From assembly GCA_964057225.1 (NCBI GenBank), contig OZ059897.1:7564001-7628000 (forward strand): 64,000 nucleotides of DNA. The letters run 5' to 3'. Position numbers and translations under genes: made by a program. Within the stretch, counting starts at the first letter, position 1. Each line of letters begins with the position of its first letter. The notes under the pieces were generated by a model. It made no database searches and was not told the origin of the DNA. It worked only from the letters and a program-made list of their open reading frames with translations. Below are positions 22,701-38,100 of the stretch, in pieces. This DNA comes from Auanema rhodensis (taxonomy: Eukaryota; Animalia; Nematoda).

Positions 22701-25700
22701 ATTATTTTTATGAAATGGTGGCGATGTGTAGCCTCGTTAGCTCAGCTGGTAGAGCGTTAGACTTTTAATCTAACGGTCAGGGGTTCGAGCCCCCTACGGG
22801 GCTAATTTTTTACATTCTATCTGTCCCGAACATGTAAAACTTAATTTTCTTACCTTGTTTAAACTTTTATTTATTCCAGAATCTTGAATTTTTCTTCAAA
22901 TATAGATCTTTTTGAATTAAATTTAGAAGTAAATATACTATTCTATGAGTAAGTACTTCATTATTTTTATGAAATGGTGACGATATGTAGCCTCGTTAGC
23001 TCAGCTGGTAGAGCGTTAGACTTTTAATCTAACGGTCAGGGGTTCGAGCCCCCTACGGGGCTAATTTTTTACATTCTATCTGTTCCGAACATGTAAAACT
23101 TCATTTTCTTACCTTGTTTAAACTTTTATTTATTCCAGAATCTTGAATTTTTCTTCAAATATAGATCTTTTTGAATTAAATTTAGAAGTAAATATACTAT
23201 TCTATGAGTAAGTACTTCATTATTTTTATGAAATGGTGGCGATGTGTAGCCTCGTTAGCTCAGCTGGTAGAGCGTTAGACTTTTAATCTAACGGTCAGGG
23301 GTTCGAGCCCCCTACGGGGCTAATTTTTTACATTCTATCTGTCCCGAACATGTAAAACTTAATTTTCTTACCTTGTTTAAACTTTTATTTATTCCAGAAT
23401 CTTGAATTTTTCTTCAAATATAGATCTTTTTGAATTAAATTTAGAAGTAAATATACTATTGTATGAGTAGGTTCTTCATTATTTTTATGAAATGGCGACG
23501 ATATGTAGCCTCGTTAGCTCAGCTGGTAGAGCGTTAGACTTTTAATCTAACGGTCAGGGGTTCGAGCCCCCTACGGGGCTAATTTTTTACATTCTATCTG
23601 TCCCGAACATGTGAAACTTTATTTTCTTACCTTGTTTGAACTTTCATTTATTCCAGAATCTTGAATTTTTCTTCAAATATAGATCTTTTTGAATTAAATT
23701 TAAAAGTAAATATACTATTCTATGAGTAGGTACTTCATTAATTTTATGAAGTTAGGAGGATGTGTAGCCTCGTTAGCTCAGCTGGTAGAGCGTTAGACTT
23801 TTAATCTAACGGTCAGGGGTTCGAGCCCCCTACGGGGCTAATTTTTTACATTCTATCTGTTCCGAACATGTAAAACTTCATTTTCTTACCTTGTTTGAAC
23901 TTTCATTTATTCCAGAATCTTGAATTTTTCTTCAAATATAGATCTTTTTGAATTAAATTTAAAAGTAAATATACTATTCTATGAGTAGGTACTTCATTAA
24001 TTTTATGAAGTTAGGAGGATGTGTAGCCTCGTTAGCTCAGCTGGTAGAGCGTTAGACTTTTAATCTAACGGTCAGGGGTTCGAGCCCCCTACGGGGCTAA
24101 TTTTTTACATTCTATCTGTCCCGAACATGTGAAACTTTATTTTCTTACCTTGTTTGAACTTTCATTTATTCCAGAATCTTGAATTTTTCTTCAAATATAG
24201 ATCTTTTTGAATTAAATTTAGAAGTAAATATACTATTGTATGAGTAGGTTCTTCATTATTTTTATGAAATGGCGACGATATGTAGCCTCGTTAGCTCAGC
24301 TGGTAGAGCGTTAGACTTTTAATCTAACGGTCAGGGGTTCGAGCCCCCTACGGGGCTAATTTTTTACATTCTATCTGTTCCGAACATGTAAAACTTCATT
24401 TTCTTACCTTGTTTGAACTTTCATTTATTCCAGAATCTTGAATTTTTCTTCAAATATAGATCTTTTTGAATTAAATTTAAAAGTAAATATACTATTCTAT
24501 GAGTAGGTACTTCATTAATTTTATGAAGTTAGGAGGATGTGTAGCCTCGTTAGCTCAGCTGGTAGAGCGTTAGACTTTTAATCTAACGGTCAGGGGTTCG
24601 AGCCCCCTACGGGGCTAATTTTTTACATTCTATCTGTCCCGAACATGTAAAACTTAATTTTCTTACGTTGTTTAAACTTTTATTTATTCCAGAATCTTGA
24701 ATTTTTCTTCAAATATAGATCTTTTTGAATTAAATTTAGAAGTAAATATACTATTGTATGAGTAGGTTCTTCATTATTTTTATGAAATGGCGACGATATG
24801 TAGCCTCGTTAGCTCAGCTGGTAGAGCGTTAGACTTTTAATCTAACGGTCAGGGGTTCGAGCCCCCTACGGGGCTAATTTTTTACATTCTATCTGTTCCG
24901 AACATGTAAAACTTCATTTTCTTACCTTGTTTGAACTTTCATTTATTCCAGAATCTTGAATTTTTCTTCAAATATAGATCTTTTTGAATTAAATTTAGAA
25001 GTAAATATACTATTCTATGAGTAAGTACTTCATTATTTTTATGAAATGGTGACGATATGTAGCCTCGTTAGCTCAGCTGGTAGAGCGTTAGACTTTTAAT
25101 CTAACGGTCAGGGGTTCGAGCCCCCTACGGGGCTAATTTTTTACATTCTATCTGTTCCGAACATGTAAAACTTCATTTTCTTACCTTGTTTAAACTTTTA
25201 TTTATTCCAGAATCTTGAATTTTTCTTCAAATATAGATCTTTTTGAATTAAATTTAGAAGTAAATATACTATTCTATGAGTAAGTACTTCATTATTTTTA
25301 TGAAATGGTGGCGATGTGTAGCCTCGTTAGCTCAGCTGGTAGAGCGTTAGACTTTTAATCTAACGGTCAGGGGTTCGAGCCCCCTACGGGGCTAATTTTT
25401 TACATTCTATCTGTCCCGAACATGTAAAACTTAATTTTCTTACCTTGTTTAAACTTTTATTTATTCCAGAATCTTGAATTTTTCTTCAAATATAGATCTT
25501 TTTGAATTAAATTTAGAAGTAAATATACTATTCTATGAGTAAGTACTTCATTATTTTTATGAAATGGTGACGATATGTAGCCTCGTTAGCTCAGCTGGTA
25601 GAGCGTTAGACTTTTAATCTAACGGTCAGGGGTTCGAGCCCCCTACGGGGCTAATTTTTTACATTCTATCTGTTCCGAACATGTAAAACTTCATTTTCTT

Positions 25701-28700
25701 ACCTTGTTTAAACTTTTATTTATTCCAGAATCTTGAATTTTTCTTCAAATATAGATCTTTTTGAATTAAATTTAGAAGTAAATATACTATTCTATGAGTA
25801 AGTACTTCATTATTTTTATGAAATGGTGGCGATGTGTAGCCTCGTTAGCTCAGCTGGTAGAGCGTTAGACTTTTAATCTAACGGTCAGGGGTTCGAGCCC
25901 CCTACGGGGCTAATTTTTTACATTCTATCTGTCCCGAACATGTAAAACTTAATTTTCTTACCTTGTTTAAACTTTTATTTATTCCAGAATCTTGAATTTT
26001 TCTTCAAATATAGATCTTTTTGAATTAAATTTAGAAGTAAATATACTATTGTATGAGTAGGTTCTTCATTATTTTTATGAAATGGCGACGATATGTAGCC
26101 TCGTTAGCTCAGCTGGTAGAGCGTTAGACTTTTAATCTAACGGTCAGGGGTTCGAGCCCCCTACGGGGCTAATTTTTTACATTCTATCTGTCCCGAACAT
26201 GTGAAACTTTATTTTCTTACCTTGTTTGAACTTTCATTTATTCCAGAATCTTGAATTTTTCTTCAAATATAGATCTTTTTGAATTAAATTTAAAAGTAAA
26301 TATACTATTCTATGAGTAGGTACTTCATTAATTTTATGAAGTTAGGAGGATGTGTAGCCTCGTTAGCTCAGCTGGTAGAGCGTTAGACTTTTAATCTAAC
26401 GGTCAGGGGTTCGAGCCCCCTACGGGGCTAATTTTTTACATTCTATCTGTTCCGAACATGTAAAACTTCATTTTCTTACCTTGTTTGAACTTTCATTTAT
26501 TCCAGAATCTTGAATTTTTCTTCAAATATAGATCTTTTTGAATTAAATTTAAAAGTAAATATACTATTCTATGAGTAGGTACTTCATTAATTTTATGAAG
26601 TTAGGAGGATGTGTAGCCTCGTTAGCTCAGCTGGTAGAGCGTTAGACTTTTAATCTAACGGTCAGGGGTTCGAGCCCCCTACGGGGCTAATTTTTTACAT
26701 TCTATCTGTCCCGAACATGTGAAACTTTATTTTCTTACCTTGTTTGAACTTTCATTTATTCCAGAATCTTGAATTTTTCTTCAAATATAGATCTTTTTGA
26801 ATTAAATTTAGAAGTAAATATACTATTGTATGAGTAGGTTCTTCATTATTTTTATGAAATGGCGACGATATGTAGCCTCGTTAGCTCAGCTGGTAGAGCG
26901 TTAGACTTTTAATCTAACGGTCAGGGGTTCGAGCCCCCTACGGGGCTAATTTTTTACATTCTATCTGTTCCGAACATGTAAAACTTCATTTTCTTACCTT
27001 GTTTGAACTTTCATTTATTCCAGAATCTTGAATTTTTCTTCAAATATAGATCTTTTTGAATTAAATTTAAAAGTAAATATACTATTCTATGAGTAGGTAC
27101 TTCATTAATTTTATGAAGTTAGGAGGATGTGTAGCCTCGTTAGCTCAGCTGGTAGAGCGTTAGACTTTTAATCTAACGGTCAGGGGTTCGAGCCCCCTAC
27201 GGGGCTAATTTTTTACATTCTATCTGTCCCGAACATGTAAAACTTAATTTTCTTACCTTGTTTAAACTTTTATTTATTCCAGAATCTTGAATTTTTCTTC
27301 AAATATAGATCTTTTTGAATTAAATTTAGAAGTAAATATACTATTGTATGAGTAGGTACTTCATTATTTTTATGAAATGGCGACGATATGTAGCCTCGTT
27401 AGCTCAGCTGGTAGAGCGTTAGACTTTTAATCTAACGGTCAGGGGTTCGAGCCCCCTACGGGGCTAATTTTTAACATTCTATCTGTTCCGAACATGTAAA
27501 ACTTAATTTTCTTACCTTGTTTAAACTTTTATTCATTCCAGAATCTTGAATTTTTCTTCAAATATAGATCTTTTTGAATTAAATTTAGAAGTAAATATAA
27601 TATTGTATGAGTAAGTACTTCATTATTTTTATGAAATGGTGACGATATGTAGCCTCGTTAGCTCAGCTGGTAGAGCGTTAGACTTTTAATCTAACGGTCA
27701 GGGGTTCGAGCCCCCTACGGGGCTAATTGTTTACATTCTATCTGTCCCGAACATGTAAAACTTAATTTTCTTACCTTGTTTAAACTTTTATTTATTCCAG
27801 AATCTTGAATTTTTCTTCAAATATAGATCTTTTTGAATTAAATTTAGAAGTAAATATACTATTCTATGAGTAAGTACTTCATTATTTTTATGAAATGGTG
27901 ACGATATGTAGCCTCGTTAGCTCAGCTGGTAGAGCGTTAGACTTTTAATCTAACGGTCAGGGGTTCGAGCCCCCTACGGGGCTAATTTTTTACATTCTAT
28001 CTGTCCCGAACATGTAAAACTTAATTTTCTTACCTTGTTTAAACTTTTATTCATTCCAGAATCTTGAATTTTTCTTCAAATATAGATCTTTTTGAATTAA
28101 ATTTAGAAGTAAATATACTATTGTATGAGTAGGTACTTCATTATTTTTATGAAATGGCGACGATATGTAGCCTCGTTAGCTCAGCTGGTAGAGCGTTAGA
28201 CTTTTAATCTAACGGTCAGGGGTTCGAGCCCCCTACGGGGCTAATTTTTTACATTCTATCTGTCCCGAACATGTAAAACTTAATATTCTTACCTTGTTTA
28301 AACTTTTATTTATTCCAGAATCTTGAATTTTTCTTCAAATATAGATCTTTTTGAATTAAATTTAGAAGTAAATATAATATTGTATGAGTAAGTACTTCAT
28401 TATTTTTATGAAATGGTGACGATATGTAGCCTCGTTAGCTCAGCTGGTAGAGCGTTAGACTTTTAATCTAACGGTCAGGGGTTCGAGCCCCCTACGGGGC
28501 TAATTTTTTACATTCTATCTGTCCCGAACATGTAAAACTTAATTTTCTTACCTTGTTTAAACTTTTATTTATTCCAGAATCTTGAATTTTTCTTCAAATA
28601 TAGATCTTTTTGAATTAAATTTAGAAGTAAATATACTATTGTATGAGTAGGTACTTCATTATTTTTATGAAATGGCGACGATATGTAGCCTCGTTAGCTC

Positions 28701-31700
28701 AGCTGGTAGAGCGTTAGACTTTTAATCTAACGGTCAGGGGTTCGAGCCCCCTACGGGGCTAATTTTTAACATTCTATCTGTTCCGAACATGTAAAACTTA
28801 ATTTTCTTACCTTGTTTAAACTTTTATTCATTCCAGAATCTTGAATTTTTCTTCAAATATAGATCTTTTTGAATTAAATTTAGAAGTAAATATAATATTG
28901 TATGAGTAAGTACTTCATTATTTTTATGAAATGGTGACGATATGTAGCCTCGTTAGCTCAGCTGGTAGAGCGTTAGACTTTTAATCTAACGGTCAGGGGT
29001 TCGAGCCCCCTACGGGGCTAATTGTTTACATTCTATCTGTCCCGAACATGTAAAACTTAATTTTCTTACCTTGTTTAAACTTTTATTTATTCCAGAATCT
29101 TGAATTTTTCTTCAAATATAGATCTTTTTGAATTAAATTTAGAAGTAAATATACTATTCTATGAGTAAGTACTTCATTATTTTTATGAAATGGTGACGAT
29201 ATGTAGCCTCGTTAGCTCAGCTGGTAGAGCGTTAGACTTTTAATCTAACGGTCAGGGGTTCGAGCCCCCTACGGGGCTAATTTTTTACATTCTATCTGTC
29301 CCGAACATGTAAAACTTAATTTTCTTACCTTGTTTAAACTTTTATTCATTCCAGAATCTTGAATTTTTCTTCAAATATAGATCTTTTTGAATTAAATTTA
29401 GAAGTAAATATACTATTGTATGAGTAGGTACTTCATTATTTTTATGAAATGGCGACGATATGTAGCCTCGTTAGCTCAGCTGGTAGAGCGTTAGACTTTT
29501 AATCTAACGGTCAGGGGTTCGAGCCCCCTACGGGGCTAATTTTTTACATTCTATCTGTCCCGAACATGTAAAACTTAATTTTCTTACCTTGTTTAAACTT
29601 TTATTTATTCCAGAATCTTGAATTTTTCTTCAAATATAGATCTTTTTGAATTAAATTTAGAAGTAAATATAATATTGTATGAGTAAGTACTTCATTATTT
29701 TTATGAAATGGTGACGATATGTAGCCTCGTTAGCTCAGCTGGTAGAGCGTTAGACTTTTAATCTAACGGTCAGGGGTTCGAGCCCCCTACGGGGCTAATT
29801 TTTTACATTCTATCTGTCCCGAACATGTAAAACTTAATTTTCTTACCTTGTTTAAACTTTTATTTATTCCAGAATCTTGAATTTTTCTTCAAATATAGAT
29901 CTTTTTGAATTAAATTTAGAAGTAAATATACTATTGTATGAGTAGGTACTTCATTATTTTTATGAAATGGCGACGATATGTAGCCTCGTTAGCTCAGCTG
30001 GTAGAGCGTTAGACTTTTAATCTAACGGTCAGGGGTTCGAGCCCCCTACGGGGCTAATTTTTAACATTCTATCTGTTCCGAACATGTAAAACTTAATTTT
30101 CTTACCTTGTTTAAACTTTTATTCATTCCAGAATCTTGAATTTTTCTTCAAATATAGATCTTTTTGAATTAAATTTAGAAGTAAATATAATATTGTATGA
30201 GTAAGTACTTCATTATTTTTATGAAATGGTGACGATATGTAGCCTCGTTAGCTCAGCTGGTAGAGCGTTAGACTTTTAATCTAACGGTCAGGGGTTCGAG
30301 CCCCCTACGGGGCTAATTGTTTACATTCTATCTGTCCCGAACATGTAAAACTTAATTTTCTTACCTTGTTTAAACTTTTATTTATTCCAGAATCTTGAAT
30401 TTTTCTTCAAATATAGATCTTTTTGAATTAAATTTAGAAGTAAATATACTATTCTATGAGTAAGTACTTCATTATTTTTATGAAATGGTGACGATATGTA
30501 GCCTCGTTAGCTCAGCTGGTAGAGCGTTAGACTTTTAATCTAACGGTCAGGGGTTCGAGCCCCCTACGGGGCTAATTTTTTACATTCTATCTGTCCCGAA
30601 CATGTAAAACTTAATTTTCTTACCTTGTTTAAACTTTTATTCATTCCAGAATCTTGAATTTTTCTTCAAATATAGATCTTTTTGAATTAAATTTAGAAGT
30701 AAATATACTATTGTATGAGTAGGTACTTCATTATTTTTATGAAATGGCGACGATATGTAGCCTCGTTAGCTCAGCTGGTAGAGCGTTAGACTTTTAATCT
30801 AACGGTCAGGGGTTCGAGCCCCCTACGGGGCTAATTTTTTACATTCTATCTGTCCCGAACATGTAAAACTTAATTTTCTTACCTTGTTTAAACTTTTATT
30901 TATTCCAGAATCTTGAATTTTTCTTCAAATATAGATCTTTTTGAATTAAATTTAGAAGTAAATATAATATTGTATGAGTAAGTACTTCATTATTTTTATG
31001 AAATGGTGACGATATGTAGCCTCGTTAGCTCAGCTGGTAGAGCGTTAGACTTTTAATCTAACGGTCAGGGGTTCGAGCCCCCTACGGGGCTAATTTTTTA
31101 CATTCTATCTGTCCCGAACATGTAAAACTTAATTTTCTTACCTTGTTTAAACTTTTATTTATTCCAGAATCTTGAATTTTTCTTCAAATATAGATCTTTT
31201 TGAATTAAATTTAGAAGTAAATATACTATTCTATGAGTAAGTACTTCATTATTTTTATGAAATGGTGACGATATGTAGCCTCGTTAGCTCAGCTGGTAGA
31301 GCGTTAGACTTTTAATCTAACGGTCAGGGGTTCGAGCCCCCTACGGGGCTAATTTTTTACATTCTATCTGTCCCGAACATGTAAAACTTAATTTTCTTAC
31401 CTTGTTTAAACTTTTATTCATTCCAGAATCTTGAATTTTTCTTCAAATATAGATCTTTTTGAATTAAATTTAGAAGTAAATATACTATTGTATGAGTAGG
31501 TACTTCATTATTTTTATGAAATGGCGACGGTATGTAGCCTCGTTAGCTCAGCTGGTAGAGCGTTAGACTTTTAATCTAACGGTCAGGGGTTCGAGCCCCC
31601 TACGGGGCTAATTTTTAACATTCTATCTGTCCCGAACATGTAAAACTTAATTTTCTTACCTTGTTTAAACTTTTATTTATTCCAGAATCTTGAATTTTTC

Positions 31701-32054
31701 TTCAAATATAGATCTTTTTGAATTAAATTTAGAAGTAAATATACTATTCTATGAGTAAGTACTTCATTATTTTTATGAAATGGTGACGATATGTAGCCTC
31801 GTTAGCTCAGCTGGTAGAGCGTTAGACTTTTAATCTAACGGTCAGGGGTTCGAGCCCCCTACGGGGCTAATTTTTTACATTCTATCTGTTCCGAACATGT
31901 AAAACTTCATTTTCTTACCTTGTTTAAACTTTTATTTATTCCAGAATCTTGAATTTTTCTTCAAATATAGATCTTTTTGAATTAAATTTAGAAGTAAATA
32001 TACTATTCTATGAGTAAGTACTTCATTATTTTTATGAAATGGTGGCGATGTGTA

Positions 32055-32127
32055 GCCTCGTTAGCTCAGCTGGTAGAGCGTTAGATTTTTAATCTAACGG
32101 TCAGGGGTTCGAGCCCCCTACGGGGCT
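32055..32127 (+). pseudogene. tRNA-Lys variant C32>T creating an internal T5 run
   Basis: TTAGATTTTTAATC; an internal T5 is expected to terminate Pol III. Confidence 0.5.
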
Positions 32128-35100
32128 AATTTTTTACATTCTATCTGTCCCGAACATGTAAAACTTAATTTTCTTACCTTGTTTAAACTTTTATTTATTC
32201 CAGAATCTTGAATTTTTCTTCAAATATAGATCTTTTTGAATTAAATTTAGAAGTAAATATACTATTCTATGAGTAAGTACTTCATTATTTTTATGAAATG
32301 GTGACGATATGTAGCCTCGTTAGCTCAGCTGGTAGAGCGTTAGACTTTTAATCTAACGGTCAGGGGTTCGAGCCCCCTACGGGGCTAATTTTTTACATTC
32401 TATCTGTTCCGAACATGTAAAACTTCATTTTCTTACCTTGTTTAAACTTTTATTTATTCCAGAATCTTGAATTTTTCTTCAAATATAGATCTTTTTGAAT
32501 TAAATTTAGAAGTAAATATACTATTCTATGAGTAAGTACTTCATTATTTTTATGAAATGGTGGCGATGTGTAGCCTCGTTAGCTCAGCTGGTAGAGCGTT
32601 AGACTTTTAATCTAACGGTCAGGGGTTCGAGCCCCCTACGGGGCTAATTTTTTACATTCTATCTGTCCCGAACATGTAAAACTTAATTTTCTTACCTTGT
32701 TTAAACTTTTATTTATTCCAGAATCTTGAATTTTTCTTCAAATATAGATCTTTTTGAATTAAATTTAGAAGTAAATATACTATTGTATGAGTAGGTTCTT
32801 CATTATTTTTATGAAATGGCGACGATATGTAGCCTCGTTAGCTCAGCTGGTAGAGCGTTAGACTTTTAATCTAACGGTCAGGGGTTCGAGCCCCCTACGG
32901 GGCTAATTTTTTACATTCTATCTGTCCCGAACATGTGAAACTTTATTTTCTTACCTTGTTTGAACTTTCATTTATTCCAGAATCTTGAATTTTTCTTCAA
33001 ATATAGATCTTTTTGAATTAAATTTAAAAGTAAATATACTATTCTATGAGTAGGTACTTCATTAATTTTATGAAGTTAGGAGGATGTGTAGCCTCGTTAG
33101 CTCAGCTGGTAGAGCGTTAGACTTTTAATCTAACGGTCAGGGGTTCGAGCCCCCTACGGGGCTAATTTTTTACATTCTATCTGTTCCGAACATGTAAAAC
33201 TTCATTTTCTTACCTTGTTTGAACTTTCATTTATTCCAGAATCTTGAATTTTTCTTCAAATATAGATCTTTTTGAATTAAATTTAAAAGTAAATATACTA
33301 TTCTATGAGTAGGTACTTCATTAATTTTATGAAGTTAGGAGGATGTGTAGCCTCGTTAGCTCAGCTGGTAGAGCGTTAGACTTTTAATCTAACGGTCAGG
33401 GGTTCGAGCCCCCTACGGGGCTAATTTTTTACATTCTATCTGTCCCGAACATGTGAAACTTTATTTTCTTACCTTGTTTGAACTTTCATTTATTCCAGAA
33501 TCTTGAATTTTTCTTCAAATATAGATCTTTTTGAATTAAATTTAGAAGTAAATATACTATTGTATGAGTAGGTTCTTCATTATTTTTATGAAATGGCGAC
33601 GATATGTAGCCTCGTTAGCTCAGCTGGTAGAGCGTTAGACTTTTAATCTAACGGTCAGGGGTTCGAGCCCCCTACGGGGCTAATTTTTTACATTCTATCT
33701 GTTCCGAACATGTAAAACTTCATTTTCTTACCTTGTTTGAACTTTCATTTATTCCAGAATCTTGAATTTTTCTTCAAATATAGATCTTTTTGAATTAAAT
33801 TTAAAAGTAAATATACTATTCTATGAGTAGGTACTTCATTAATTTTATGAAGTTAGGAGGATGTGTAGCCTCGTTAGCTCAGCTGGTAGAGCGTTAGACT
33901 TTTAATCTAACGGTCAGGGGTTCGAGCCCCCTACGGGGCTAATTTTTTACATTCTATCTGTCCCGAACATGTAAAACTTAATTTTCTTACCTTGTTTAAA
34001 CTTTTATTTATTCCAGAATCTTGAATTTTTCTTCAAATATAGATCTTTTTGAATTAAATTTAGAAGTAAATATACTATTGTATGAGTAGGTACTTCATTA
34101 TTTTTATGAAATGGCGACGATATGTAGCCTCGTTAGCTCAGCTGGTAGAGCGTTAGACTTTTAATCTAACGGTCAGGGGTTCGAGCCCCCTACGGGGCTA
34201 ATTTTTAACATTCTATCTGTTCCGAACATGTAAAACTTTATTTTCTTACCTTGTTTAAACTTTTATTTATTACAGAATCTTGAATTTTTCTTCAAATATA
34301 GATCTTTTTGAATTAAATTTAGAAGTAAATATACTATTGTATGAGTAGGTACTTCATTATTTTTATGAAATGGCGACGATATGTAGCCTCGTTAGCTCAG
34401 CTGGTAGAGCGTTAGACTTTTAATCTAACGGTCAGGGGTTCGAGCCCCCTACGGGGCTAATTTTTTACATTCTATCTGTCCCGAACATGTAAAACTTAAT
34501 TTTCTTACCTTGTTTAAACTTTTATTTATTCCAGAATCTTGAATTTTTCTTCAAATATAGATCTTTTTGAATTAAATTTAGAAGTAAATATACTATTCTA
34601 TGAGTAAGTACTTCATTATTTTTATGAAATGGTGACGATATGTAGCCTCGTTAGCTCAGCTGGTAGAGCGTTAGACTTTTAATCTAACGGTCAGGGGTTC
34701 GAGCCCCCTACGGGGCTAATTTTTTACATTCTATCTGTCCCGAACATGTAAAACTTAATTTTCTTACCTTGTTTAAACTTTTATTCATTCCAGAATCTTG
34801 AATTTTTCTTCAAATATAGATCTTTTTGAATTAAATTTAGAAGTAAATATACTATTGTATGAGTAGGTACTTCATTATTTTTATGAAATGGCGACGATAT
34901 GTAGCCTCGTTAGCTCAGCTGGTAGAGCGTTAGACTTTTAATCTAACGGTCAGGGGTTCGAGCCCCCTACGGGGCTAATTTTTAACATTCTATCTGTTCC
35001 GAACATGTAAAACTTCATTTTCTTACCTTGTTTAAACTTTTATTTATTCCAGAATCTTGAATTTTTCTTCAAATATAGATCTTTTTGAATTAAATTTAGA

Positions 35101-38100
35101 AGTAAATATACTATTCTATGAGTAAGTACTTCATTATTTTTATGAAATGGTGACGATATGTAGCCTCGTTAGCTCAGCTGGTAGAGCGTTAGACTTTTAA
35201 TCTAACGGTCAGGGGTTCGAGCCCCCTACGGGGCTAATTTTTTACATTCTATCTGTCCCGAACATGTAAAACTTAATTTTCTTACCTTGTTTAAACTTTT
35301 ATTCATTCCAGAATCTTGAATTTTTCTTCAAATATAGATCTTTTTGAATTAAATTTAGAAGTAAATATACTATTGTATGAGTAGGTACTTCATTATTTTT
35401 ATGAAATGGCGACGATATGTAGCCTCGTTAGCTCAGCTGGTAGAGCGTTAGACTTTTAATCTAACGGTCAGGGGTTCGAGCCCCCTACGGGGCTAATTTT
35501 TAACATTCTATCTGTTCCGAACATGTAAAACTTCATTTTCTTACCTTGTTTAAACTTTTATTTATTCCAGAATCTTGAATTTTTCTTCAAATATAGATCT
35601 TTTTGAATTAAATTTAGAAGTAAATATACTATTGTATGAGTAGGTACTTCATTATTTTTATGAAATGGCGACGATATGTAGCCTCGTTAGCTCAGCTGGT
35701 AGAGCGTTAGACTTTTAATCTAACGGTCAGGGGTTCGAGCCCCCTACGGGGCTAATTTTTTACATTCTATCTGTCCCGAACATGTAAAACTTAATTTTCT
35801 TACCTTGTTTAAACTTTTATTCATTCCAGAATCTTGAATTTTTCTTCAAATATAGATCTTTTTGAATTAAATTTAGAAGTAAATATACTATTGTATGAGT
35901 AGGTACTTCATTATTTTTATGAAATGGCGACGATATGTAGCCTCGTTAGCTCAGCTGGTAGAGCGTTAGACTTTTAATCTAACGGTCAGGGGTTCGAGCC
36001 CCCTACGGGGCTAATTTTTAACATTCTATCTGTTCCGAACATGTAAAACTTCATTTTCTTACCTTGTTTAAACTTTTATTTATTCCAGAATCTTGAATTT
36101 TTCTTCAAATATAGATCTTTTTGAATTAAATTTAGAAGTAAATATACTATTGTATGAGTAGGTACTTCATTATTTTTATGAAATGGCGACGATATGTAGC
36201 CTCGTTAGCTCAGCTGGTAGAGCGTTAGACTTTTAATCTAACGGTCAGGGGTTCGAGCCCCCTACGGGGCTAATTTTTAACATTCTATCTGTTCCGAACA
36301 TGTAAAACTTCATTTTCTTGCCTTGTTTAAACTTTTATTTATTACAGAATCTTGAATTTTTCTTCAAATATAGATCTTTTTGAATTAAATTTAGAAGTAA
36401 ATATACTATTCTATGAGTAAGTACTTCATTATTTTTATGAAATGGTGACGATATGTAGCCTCGTTAGCTCAGCTGGTAGAGCGTTAGACTTTTAATCTAA
36501 CGGTCAGGGGTTCGAGCCCCCTACGGGGCTAATTTTTTACATTCTATCTGTCCCGAACATGTAAAACTTAATTTTCTTACCTTGTTTAAACTTTTATTCA
36601 TTCCAGAATCTTGAATTTTTCTTCAAATATAGATCTTTTTGAATTAAATTTAGAAGTAAATATACTATTGTATGAGTAGGTACTTCATTATTTTTATGAA
36701 ATGGCGACGATATGTAGCCTCGTTAGCTCAGCTGGTAGAGCGTTAGACTTTTAATCTAACGGTCAGGGGTTCGAGCCCCCTACGGGGCTAATTTTTTACA
36801 TTCTATCTGTCCCGAACATGTAAAACTTAATTTTCTTACCTTGTTTAAACTTTTATTCATTCCAGAATCTTGAATTTTTCTTCAAATATAGATCTTTTTG
36901 AATTAAATTTAGAAGTAAATATACTATTGTATGAGTAGGTACTTCATTATTTTTATGAAATGGCGACGATATGTAGCCTCGTTAGCTCAGCTGGTAGAGC
37001 GTTAGACTTTTAATCTAACGGTCAGGGGTTCGAGCCCCCTACGGGGCTAATTTTTAACATTCTATCTGTTCCGAACATGTAAAACTTCATTTTCTTACCT
37101 TGTTTAAACTTTTATTTATTCCAGAATCTTGAATTTTTCTTCAAATATAGATCTTTTTGAATTAAATTTAGAAGTAAATATACTATTGTATGAGTAGGTA
37201 CTTCATTATTTTTATGAAATGGCGACGATATGTAGCCTCGTTAGCTCAGCTGGTAGAGCGTTAGACTTTTAATCTAACGGTCAGGGGTTCGAGCCCCCTA
37301 CGGGGCTAATTTTTTACATTCTATCTGTCCCGAACATGTAAAACTTAATTTTCTTACCTTGTTTAAACTTTTATTTATTCCAGAATCTTGAATTTTTCTT
37401 CAAATATAGATCTTTTTGAATTAAATTTAGAAGTAAATATACTATTGTATGAGTAAGTACTTCATTATTTTTATGAAATGGTGACGATATGTAGCCTCGT
37501 TAGCTCAGCTGGTAGAGCGTTAGACTTTTAATCTAACGGTCAGGGGTTCGAGCCCCCTACGGGGCTAATTTTTTACATTCTATCTGTCCCGAACATGTAA
37601 AACTTAATTTTCTTACCTTGTTTAAACTTTTATTTATTCCAGAATCTTGAATTTTTCTTCAAATATAGATCTTTTTGAATTAAATTTAGAAGTAAATATA
37701 ATATTGTATGAGTAAGTACTTCATTATTTTTATGAAATGGTGACGATATGTAGCCTCGTTAGCTCAGCTGGTAGAGCGTTAGACTTTTAATCTAACGGTC
37801 AGGGGTTCGAGCCCCCTACGGGGCTAATTTTTTACATTCTATCTGTCCCGAACATGTAAAACTTAATTTTCTTACCTTGTTTAAACTTTTATTTATTCCA
37901 GAATCTTGAATTTTTCTTCAAATATAGATCTTTTTGAATTAAATTTAAAAGTAAATATACTATTCTATGAGTAGGTACTTCATTAATTTTATGAAGTTAG
38001 GAGGATGTGTAGCCTCGTTAGCTCAGCTGGTAGAGCGTTAGACTTTTAATCTAACGGTCAGGGGTTCGAGCCCCCTACGGGGCTAATTTTTTACATTCTA

